Assembly (NCBI RefSeq): GCF_009914755.1
Contig: NC_060948.1
Length of the DNA stretch: 64,000 nt
Strand: one strand, 5' to 3'
Source: the human T2T-CHM13v2.0 reference genome, Homo sapiens
This document shows positions 1-10,640 of the stretch, one piece after another. The notes under the pieces were generated by a model. That model made no database searches and was not told where the DNA came from. It saw only the letters and a program-made list of their open reading frames with translations. Position numbers and translations under genes: made by a program. Every line of letters starts with the position of its first letter. Position 1 is the first letter of the stretch.

Positions 1-1045
1 ATAGAATGAAAGAGAATCAAATGGAATTGAATCGAATGCAATCGAATGGATTGGAAAGGAATAGAATGGAATGGAATGGAATTGACTCAAATGGAATGGA
101 CTAGAATGGAATGGATTCGAATGGAAGGCAAAGGAATGGAATCTATTGGAATGGACAGCAATGGAATGGAAAGGAAGGGATTGGAATGGACTCGAATGGA
201 ATGGACTGCAATAGAAAGGATTCGAATGGAATGAAAAAGAATTGAATGGAATAGAACAGAATGGAATCAAATCGAATGAAATGGAATGGAATAGAAAGGA
301 ATGGAATGAAATGGAATGGAAAGGATTCGAATGGAATGCAATCGAATGGAATGGAATCGAACGGAATGGAATAAAATGGAAGCAAACTGGCAAGAAATGG
401 AATCGAAATGAATGGAGTGTTATGGAACGGACTCCAAAGGAATTGAATGTAATAGAATGGAGTGGAGTGGACTCGAATATAATGGACTGGAATGGAATGA
501 AATCACATGGAATGGGAACGAATGGAATGGAATGGAAAGGAATGGAATCGAATGGAAAGGAATCGAATGGAAGGGAATGAAATTGAATCAACAGGAATGG
601 AAGGGAATAGAATAGACGGTAATGGAATGGACTCGAATAGAATGGACACGAATGCTCAAATTGAATGGACTCGAATGGAATGGAAACGAAAGGAATGTCA
701 TCGAATGGAATTGAATCGATTGGAATGAAATGGCATAGAATGGAGTGGAATCAAATGGAATTGAATCGAAAGGAAAGGAAGCGAATGGACTGAAATGAAA
801 TGGAATGGAATTGAATGGAAAGGAAAGCAATGGAATAGAATGGAACGAAATTTCACGGAATGGAATCAAACTGAATGGAATCAAATCAATGGAATATAAT
901 CAGATGGAATGGAAAGGAATTGATTGGAGTAGATGGGATTGGATGGGATTGGAATGAAATGTACTGGAAAGGACTCGAATTTCATGAAACGGAATGGAAT
1001 GAATTGGAACGGAATGGACTCGAATGGAATGGAATGTCATGGAAT

Positions 1046-1075
1046 GGCATCAAATGGAATGGCATCAAATGGAAT
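1046..1075 (+). repeat. Polymorphic 15-bp tandem doublet (GGCATCAAATGGAAT)x2
   Basis: Two copies in U1-U7, U9-U12, U16, U19; one copy in U8, U13, U14, U15, U17, U18. Confidence 0.9.
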
Positions 1076-1380
1076 GGAATCGAATGCAATGGAATGCTAT
1101 GGAATGGAATGGAATGCATTGGAATGGAATGTCCTCTAATGGAATGGATTCGAGTGGAATGGAATCGAATATAATGGAGTCGAATGAAATGGAATTGAAA
1201 GGAAAGGGATCGAATACAATGGAATATACTGGAATGTAATGTAATGAACTCGAATGTAATTGACTGGAATGGAATGTACATAAATGGAATGTAATCAAAT
1301 GGAAAGTAATCCAATGGAATAGAATCTAATGCAATAAAATCGACTCAGATAGAGTAGAATGTAATGGAATGGAGTGCAGT

Positions 1381-1490
1381 GCAATGGAATGGAATGGAAT
1401 GGAATGCAATGGAATGGAATGGAATGGGATGGAATTGTATGGAATGGAATGGAATGGAATGGAATGGGATGGAATGGTATGGAATGGATA
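1381..1490 (+). repeat. Length-variable near-pure GGAAT tract within the unit
   Basis: +40 bp in U1 and U15, +10 bp in U8 and U13 relative to the other units. Confidence 0.88.
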
Positions 1491-2205
1491 GAAATGGACT
1501 GGAGTGAAATGGACTGGAAAGGAATGGACTCAAATTGAAAGGGCTCGAAAGGAATGGAGTCAAATGGAATGGTCTGGAATGGAATGAACACGAATGTAAT
1601 GCAATCCAATAGAATGGAATCGAATGGCATGGAATATAAAGAAATGGAATCGAAGAGAATGGAAACAAACGGAATGGAATTGAATGGAATGGAATTGAAT
1701 GGAATGGGAACGAATGGAGTGAAATTGTATGCAGTAGAAGAGAATACAATGGAATGCAAGCGAAAGGAAAGGAATGGATTGGAATGGAATGGAATTCATT
1801 GGAATGGAAGGGAATGTAGTGTAATGGACAGGCCTGGAATAAAGTGGAATGCTACGGTCTCGAATGGAATAAAAATGTATGGAATGGAATGCAATGAAAC
1901 GGAATCGAATGTCATAGAATGTAATGGAATGCAAAAAAATTTACTCCAAAATCATTGACTGGAAAGGCTGGGTGTCGAAAGGAATTGACTCCAATGGAAT
2001 GGAATCGAATGGAATGGAAGTGAATAGAATCGAACTAAATCGAATGGAATGGAATTGATAGGAACGGAATGGAAAGGAATGAAATGATTTGGCATGGAAT
2101 GGAATCGAATGGCATCGAATGGAATGGAATGGAATGCAATGCAATGGAATGTATTAGAATGTAATGAACTTTAATGGAATGTACTCGAATGGATTCGACT
2201 GGAAT

Positions 2206-2220
2206 GGAATGTTCTGGAAG
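2206..2220. promoter_or_regulatory. Canonical heat-shock element motif HSE-A (GGAAT GTTCT GGAAG); recurs in each full unit
   Basis: Exact match to nGAAnnTTCnnGAAn; altered in U13 (GAAAT GTTCT at ~42887). Motif only, binding not shown. Confidence 0.6.
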
Positions 2221-2485
2221 TGAATGGACTCCAATGGAATGGATTGAAAAGGAATGGAATCGTACGGAATGGAATCTAATGGAATGGAATTAAATGGAAA
2301 TGAATGAAATTGAATACCACGGAATTGAATTGAATGGAATCGAATGCAATGCAATCTAATGAAACGGAAAGGAAAGGAATGGAATGGAATGGAATGGGCT
2401 GGAATGGAAAGGAATCGAAACGAATGGAATGGAATCGAACTGAAGAGACTGGAATGGAATGCACTGGAATGGAAGGGAGTGTAAT

Positions 2486-2500
2486 GGAAGGTTCTCGAAA
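2486..2500. promoter_or_regulatory. Canonical heat-shock element motif HSE-B (GGAAG GTTCT CGAAA); recurs in each full unit
   Basis: Exact match to nGAAnnTTCnnGAAn; altered in U14 (GTTCT CCAAA at 46691-46700). Motif only. Confidence 0.6.
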
Positions 2501-3505
2501 AAAATGGAATCGAATGGAATGGAATTGAATGGAACGGAATAGAGTCGAATGGAATTGAATGGAATGGAATGGACTAGAGTGAAATGGAATCGAACCACAA
2601 GGAATGGACAGGAACAGAATGGTCTCGAATTGAATGGAATCGTATGGAATGGCATCAAACGGAATGGAATGGACAGCCACGGAATGGAATGCACTCGAAT
2701 GCAATGGAGTCGAAACTAATGGACTGGAATAGAATGGACTCGACTGGTACGGACTCCAATGGAATGGAATCGAATGGAAGGGAATCGAACGGAATGGACT
2801 CGAAGGGAAAAGACTGCAATGGAAAGGTCTCGAATGGAATGGAAATTAATGGAATGGAATGGAATCGAATGAAATGGAGTCAATAGGAATGGAATCGAAT
2901 GGCAAGAAATCGAATGTAATGGAATCGCAAGGAATTGATGTGAATGGAACGGAATGGAATGGAATTCAAAGAAATGGAATAGAATGGAATGGAATCGAAT
3001 GGAAAGAACTCGAATGGAAATCACTCGAACAGAATGCAATTTAATAAAATAGGATGAAATGTAATGGAATGGAATGGAAAGGAATCGAAACGAAAGGAAT
3101 GGAGACAGATGGAATGGAATGGAACAGATAGCAATGGTATAGAATGGAATGGAATCATCTGGAATGGAATTGAATGGAATGGAATAATATGAAATGGAAT
3201 GGAATGGAATGGAATGCCCTTGAATTAAATGGACTGGAATGGAATGGACTCGAACAGAGTGGAATGGAAAGTGTTGAGATAGAATGGAATGGACTCCTTT
3301 GGAATGTCTAGTATGCAATGCAATGGACTGGCAGGGAATCAAAAGGAATGTAATCGAATGGATTGGACTGGAATGCAATGGACTCGAATAGATTGGAAAC
3401 GGAATGCAAAGGAATGGAATGGAATAGTATGGAATGGAATGGAAAGGAATGGAGTGGAATAGACTAGAGTGGAATGGAATGGACTCGAAAGCAATGGACT
3501 GGAAT

Positions 3506-3520
3506 GGAACTTTCTTGAAT
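3506..3520. promoter_or_regulatory. Canonical heat-shock element motif HSE-C (GGAAC TTTCT TGAAT); recurs in U1-U18
   Basis: Exact match to nGAAnnTTCnnGAAn; retained in truncated U5 (15951-15965). Motif only. Confidence 0.6.
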
Positions 3521-3573
3521 GGACTGGAATCAAACGGAATGGAATGCAATGCAATCAAATGGCATGGAATAAA

Positions 3574-6500
3574 ATAGAATGAAAGAGAATCAAATGGAAT
3601 TGAATCGAATGCAATCGAATGGATTGGAAAGGAATAGAATGGAATGGAATGGAATTGACTCAAATGGAATGGACTAGAATGGAATGGATTCGAATGGAAG
3701 GCAAAGGAATGGAATCTATTGGAATGGACAGCAATGGAATGGAAAGGAAGGGATTGGAATGGACTCGAATGGAATGGACTGCAATAGAAAGGATTCGAAT
3801 GGAATGAAAAAGAATTGAATGGAATAGAACAGAATGGAATCAAATCGAATGAAATGGAATGGAATAGAAAGGAATGGAATGAAATGGAATGGAAAGGATT
3901 CGAATGGAATGCAATCGAATGGAATGGAATCGAACGGAATGGAATAAAATGGAAGCAAACTGGCAAGAAATGGAATCGAAATGAATGGAGTGTTATGGAA
4001 CGGACTCCAAAGGAATTGAATGTAATAGAATGGAGTGGAGTGGACTCGAATATAATGGACTGGAATGGAATGAAATCACATGGAATGGGAACGAATGGAA
4101 TGGAATGGAAAGGAATGGAATCGAATGGAAAGGAATCGAATGGAAGGGAATGAAATTGAATCAACAGGAATGGAAGGGAATAGAATAGACGGTAATGGAA
4201 TGGACTCGAATAGAATGGACACGAATGCTCAAATTGAATGGACTCGAATGGAATGGAAACGAAAGGAATGTCATCGAATGGAATTGAATCGATTGGAATG
4301 AAATCGCATAGAATGGAGTGGAATCAAATGGAATTGAATCGAAAGGAAAGGAAGCGAATGGACTGAAATGAAATGGAATGGAATTGAATGGAAAGTAAAG
4401 CAATGGAATAGAATGGAACGAAATTTCACGGAATGGAATCAAACTGAATGGAATCAAATCAATGGAATATAATCAAATGGAATGGAAAGGAATTGAATGG
4501 AGTAGATGGGATTGGATGGGATTGGAATGAAATGTACTGGAAAGGACTCGAATTTCATGAAACGGAATGGAATGAATTGGAACGGAATGGACTCGAATGG
4601 AATGGAATGTCATGGAATGGCATCAAATGGAATGGCATCAAATGGAATGGAATCGAATGCAATGGAATGCTATGGAATGGAATGGAATGCATTGGAATGG
4701 AATGTCCTCTAATGGAATGGATTCGAGTGGAATGGAATCGAATATAATGGAGTCGAATGAAATGGAATTGAAAGGAATGGGATCGAATATAATGGAATAT
4801 ACTGGAATGTAATGTAATGAACTCGAATGTAATTGACTGGAATGGAATGTACATGAATGGAATGTAATCGAATGGAAAGTAATCCAATGGAATAGAATCT
4901 AATGCAATAAAATCGACTCAGATAGAGTAGAATGTAATGGAATGGAGTGCAGTGCAATGGAATGGAAAGGAATGGAATGCAATGGAATGGAATGGAATTG
5001 GATGGAATGGTATGGAATGGATAGTAATGGACTGGAATGAAATGGACTGGAAAGGAATGGACTCAAATTGAAAGGGCTCGAAAGGAATGGAGTCAAATGG
5101 AATGGTCTGGAATGGAATGAACACGAATGTAATGCAATCCAATAGAATGGAATCGAATGGCATGGAATATAAAGAAATGGAATCGAAGAGAATGGAAACA
5201 AACGGAATGGAATTGAATGGAATGGAATGGAATGGAATGGGAACGAATGGAGTGAAATTGTATGCAGTAGAAGAGAATAGAATGGAATGCAAGCGAAAGG
5301 AAAGGAATGGATTGGATTGGAATGGAATTCATTGGAATGGAAGGGAATGTAGTGTAATGGACAGGCCTGGAATAAAGTGGAATGCTACGGTCTCGAATGG
5401 AATAAAAATGTATGGAATGGAATGCAATGAAACGGAATCGAATGTCATAGAATGTAATGGAATGCAAAAAAATGGACTCCAAAATCATTGACTGGAAAGG
5501 CTGGGTGTCAAAAGGAATTGACTCCAATGGAATGGAATCGAATGGAATGGAAGTGAATAGAATCGAACTAAATCGAATGGAATGGAATTGATAGGAACGG
5601 AATGGAAAGGAATGAAATGATTTGGCATGGAATGGAATCGAATGGCATCGAATGGAATGGAATGGAATGCAATGCAATGGAATGTATTAGAATGTAATGA
5701 ACTTTAATGGAATGTACTCGAATGGATTCGACTGGAATGGAATGTTCTGGAAGTGAATGGACTCCAATGGAATGGATTCAAAAGGAATGGAATCGTACGG
5801 AATGGAATCTAATGGAATGGAATTAAATGGAAATGAATCAAATTGAATAGCACGGAATTGAATTGAATGGAATCGAATGCAATGCAATCTAATGAAACGG
5901 AAAGGAAAGGAATGGAATGGAATGGAATGGGCTGGAATGGAAAGGAATCGAAACGAATGGAATGGAATCGAACTGAAGAGACTGGAATGGAATGCACTGG
6001 AATGGAAGGGAGTGTAATGGAAGGTTCTCGAAATAAATGGAATCGAATGGAATGGAATTGAATGGAATGGAATAGAGTCGAATGGAATTGAATGGAATGG
6101 AATGGACTAGAGTGAAATGGAATCGAACCACAAGGAATGGACAGGAATAGAATGGTCTCGAATTGAATGGAATCGTATGGAATGGCATCAAACGGAATGG
6201 AATGGACAGCCACGGAATGGAATGCACTCGAATGCAATGGAGTCGAAACTAATGGACTGGAATAGAATGGACTCGACTGGTACGGACTCCAATGGAATGG
6301 AATCGAATGGAAGGGAATCGAACGGAATGGACTCGAAGGGAAAAGACTGCAATGGAAAGGTCTCGAATGGAATGGAAATTAATGGAATGGAATGGAATCG
6401 AATGAAATGGAGTCAAAAGGAATGGAATCGAATGGCAAGAAATCGAATGTAATGGAATCGCAAGGAATTGATGTGAACGGAACGGAATGGAATGGAATCC

Positions 6501-7107
6501 AAAGAAATGGAATAGAATGGAATGGAATCGAATGGAAAGAACTCGAATGGAAATCACTCGAATAGAATGCAATTTAATAAAATAGGATGAAATGTAATGG
6601 AATGGAATGGAAAGGAATCGAAACGAAAGGAATGGAGACAGATGGAATGGAATGGAACAGAGAGCAATGGTATAGAATGGAATGGAATCATCTGGAATGG
6701 AATTGAATGGAATGGAATAATATGAAATGGAATGGAATGGAATGGAATGCCCTTGAATTAAATGGACTGGAATGGAATGGACTCGAACAGAGTGGAATGG
6801 AAAGTGTTGAGATAGAATGGAATGGACTCCTTTGGAATGGTCTAGTATGCAATGCAATGGACTGGCAGGGAATCAAAAGGAATGTAATCGAATGGATTGG
6901 ACTGGAATGCAATGGACTCGAATAGATTGGAAACGGAATGCAAAGGAATGGAATGGAATAGTATGGAATGGAATGGAAAGGAATGGAGTGGAATAGACTA
7001 GAGTGGAATGGAATGGACTCGAAAGCAATGGACTGGAATGGAACTTTCTTGAATGGACTGGAATCAAACGGAATGGAATGCAATGCAATCAAATGGCATG
7101 GAATAAA
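3574..7107 (+). repeat. Unit U2 (3534 bp)
   Basis: Landmark spacing 3619->7153. Confidence 0.92.
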
Positions 7108-10100
7108 ATAGAATGAAAGAGAATCAAATGGAATTGAATCGAATGCAATCGAATGGATTGGAAAGGAATAGAATGGAATGGAATGGAATTGACTCAAATG
7201 GAATGGACTAGAATGGAATGGATTCGAATGGAAGGCAAAGGAATGGAATCTATCGGAATGGACAGCAATGGAATGGAAAGGAAGGGATTGGAATGGACTC
7301 GAATGGAATGGACTGCAATAGAAAGGATTCGAATGGAATGAAAAAGAATTGAATGGAATAGAACAGAATGGAATCAAATCGAATGAAATGGAATGGAATA
7401 GAAAGGAATGGAATGAAATGGAATGGAAAGGATTCGAATGGAATGCAATCGAATGGAATGGAATCGAACGGAATGGAATAAAATGGAAGCAAACTGGCAA
7501 GAAATGGAATCGAAATGAATGGAGTGTTATGGAACGGACTCCAAAGGAATTGAATGTAATAGAATGGAGTGGAGTGGACTCGAATATAATGGACTGGAAT
7601 GGAATGAAATCACATGGAATGGGAACGAATGGAATGGAATGGAAAGGAATGGAATCGAATGGAAAGGAATCGAATGGAAGGGAATGAAATTGAATCAACA
7701 GGAATGGAAGGGAATAGAATAGACGGTAATGGAATGGACTCGAATAGAATGGACACGAATGCTCAAATTGAATGGACTCGAATGGAATGGAAACGAAAGG
7801 AATGTCATCGAATGGAATGGAATCGATTGGAATGAAATCGCATAGAATGGAGTGGAATCAAATGGAATTGAATCGAAAGGAAAGGAAGCGAATGGACTGA
7901 AATGAAATGGAATGGAATTGAATGGAAAGTAAAGCAATGGAATAGAATGGAACGAAATTTCACGGAATGGAATCAAACTGAATGGAATCAAATCAATGGA
8001 ATATAATCAAATGGAATGGAAAGGAATTGAATGGAGTAGATGGGATTGGATGGGATTGGAATGAAATGTACTGGAAAGGACTCGAATTTCATGAAACGGA
8101 ATGGAATGAATTGGAACGGAATGGACTCGAATGGAATGGAATGTCATGGAATGGCATCAAATGGAATGGCATCAAATGGAATGGAATCGAATGCAATGGA
8201 ATGCTATGGAATGGAATGGAATGCATTGGAATGGAATGTCCTCTAATGGAATGGATTCGAGTGGAATGGAATCGAATATAATGGAGTCGAATGAAATGGA
8301 ATTGAAAGGAATGGGATCGAATACAATGGAATATACTGGAATGTAATGTAATGAAGTCGAATGTAATTGACTGGAATGGAATGTACATGAATGGAATGTA
8401 ATCGAATGGAAAGTAATCCAATGGAATAGAATCTAATGCAATAAAATCGACTCAGATAGAGTAGAATGTAATGGAATGGAGTGCAGTGCAATGGAATGGA
8501 ATGGAATGGAATGCAATGGAATGGAATAGAATGGGATGGAATGGTATGGAATGGATAGTAATGGACTGGAGTGAAATGGACTGGAAAGGAATGGACTCAA
8601 ATTGAAAGGGCTCGAAAGGAATGGAGTCAAATGGAATGGTCTGGAATGGAATGAACACGAATGTAATGCAATCCAATAGAATGGAATCGAATGGCATGGA
8701 ATATAAAGAAATGGAATCGAAGAGAATGGAAACAAACGGAATGGAATTGAATGGAATGGAATTGAATGGAATGGGAACGAATGGAGTGAAATTGTATGCA
8801 GTAGAAGAGAATAGAATGGAATGCAAGCGAAAGGAAAGGAATGGATTGGAATGGAATGGAATTCATGGGAATGGAAGGGAATGTAGTGTAATGGACAGGC
8901 CTGGAATAAAGTGGAATGCTACGGTCTCGAATGGAATAAAAATGTATGGAATGGAATGCAAAGAAACGGAATCGAATGTCATAGAATGTAATGGAATGCT
9001 AAAAAATGGACTCCAAAATCATTGACTGGAAAGGCTGGGTGTCGAAAGGAATTGACTCCAATGGAATGGAATCGAATGGAATGGAAGTGAATAGAATCGA
9101 ACTAAATCGAATGGAATGGAATTGATAGGAACGGAATGGAAAGGAATGCAATGATTTGGCATGGAATGGAATCGAATGGCATCGAATGGAATGGAATGGA
9201 ATGCAATGGAATGGAATGTATTAGAATGTATGAACTTTAATGGAATGTACTCGAATGGATTCGACTGGAATGGAATGTTCTGGAAGTGAATGGACTCCAA
9301 TGGAATGGATTGAAAAGGAATGGAATCGTACGGAATGGAATCTAATGGAATGGAATTAAATGGAAATGAATCAAATTGAATAACACGGAATTGAATTGAA
9401 TGGAATCGAATGCAATGGAATCTAATGAAACGGAAAGGAAAGGAATGGAATGGAATGGAATGGGCTGGAATGGAAAGGAATCGAAACGAATGGAATAGAA
9501 TCGAACTGAAGAGACTGGAATGGAATGCACTGGAATGGAAGGGAGTGTAATGGAAGGTTCTCGAAAAAAATGGAATCGAATGGAATGGAATTGAATGGAA
9601 CGGAATAGAGTCGAATGGAATTGAATGGAATGGAATGGACTAGAGTGAAATGGAATCGAACCACAAGGAATGGACAGGAATAGAATGGTCTCGAATTGAA
9701 TGGAATCGTATGGAATGGCATCAAACGGAATGGAATGGACAGCCACGGAATGGAATGCACTCGAATGCAATGGAGTCGAAACTAATGGACTGGAATAGAA
9801 TGGACTCGACTGGTACGGACTCCAATGGAATGGAATCGAATGGAAGGGAATCGAACGGAATGGACTCGAAGGGAGAAGACTGCAATGGAAAGGTCTCGAA
9901 TGGAATGGAAATTAATGGAATGGAATGGCATCGAATGAAATGGAGTCACAAGGAATGGAATCGAATGGCAAGAAATCGAATGTAATGGAATCGCAAGGAA
10001 TTGATGTGAACGGAACGGAATGGAATGGAATCCAAAGAAATGGAATAGAATGGAATGGAATCGAATGGAAAGAACTCGAATGGAAATCACTCGAATAGAA

Positions 10101-10640
10101 TGCAATTTAATAAAATAGGATGAAATGTAATGGAATGGAATGGAAAGGAATCGAAACGAAAGGAATGGAGACAGATGGAATGGAATGGAACAGAGAGCAA
10201 TGGTATAGAATGGAATGGAATCATCTGGAATGGAATTGAATGGAATGGAATAATATGAAATGGAATGGAATGGAATGGAATGCCCTTGAATTAAATGGAC
10301 TGGAATGGAATGGACTCGAACAGAGTGGAATGGAAAGTGTTGAGATAGAATGGAATGGACTCCTTTGGAATGGTCTAGTATGCAATGCAATGGACTGGCA
10401 GGGAATCAAAAGGAATGTAATCGAATGGATTGGACTGGAATGCAATGGACTCGAATAGATTGGAAACGGAATGCAAAGGAATGGAATGGAATAGTATGGA
10501 ATGGAATGGAAAGGAATGGAGTGGAATAGACTAGAGTGGAATGGAATGGACTCGAAAGCAATGGACTGGAATGGAACTTTCTTGAATGGACTGGAATCAA
10601 ACGGAATGGAATGCAATGCAATCAAATGGCATGGAATAAA
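7108..10640 (+). repeat. Unit U3 (3533 bp)
   Basis: Spacing 7153->10686; 1-bp deletion at ~9230 (GTATGAACTTT vs GTAATGAACTTT). Confidence 0.92.

Larger units (their letters stand above)
1..3573 (+). repeat. Unit U1 (3573 bp; unit origin set arbitrarily at window start)
   Basis: Landmark spacing 46->3619; +40 bp at ~1381-1490 and a 1-bp deletion at ~3306 relative to the 3534-bp mode. Confidence 0.92.

Noticed and set aside
901-960. G-quadruplex potential at GGGATTGGATGGGATTGG
   Set aside because: Only two GGG runs are present, which is insufficient for a canonical three-tier G4.
845-990. GAAATTTCACGGAA (~847) and CGAATTTCATGAAA (~976) as additional HSEs
   Set aside because: Spacing does not give three correctly phased nGAAn/nTTCn units.
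1-3573. Possible internal ~1.77-kb dimeric substructure of the unit
   Set aside because: I could not identify matching landmarks between unit halves by eye, and the U5 rearrangement offset (1690) does not match. An autocorrelation of non-consensus pentamers would be needed.
1333-3575. Several AATAAA hexamers per unit (e.g. 1333, 1838, 1868, 3043, 3568) as polyadenylation signals
   Set aside because: AATAAA is only two substitutions from AATGGA, so it is expected by chance; no clear GU-rich downstream element and no transcript evidence is available here.
2716-4164. Longest ORF (482 aa, minus strand) and the recurring 336/202/194-aa minus-strand ORFs
   Set aside because: (CATTC)n has no stop codon and translates to the HSIPF repeat. 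The 482-aa ORF exists only because the 1-bp deletion at ~3306 fuses two such frames. No domain-like content, and frames are broken freely between units.
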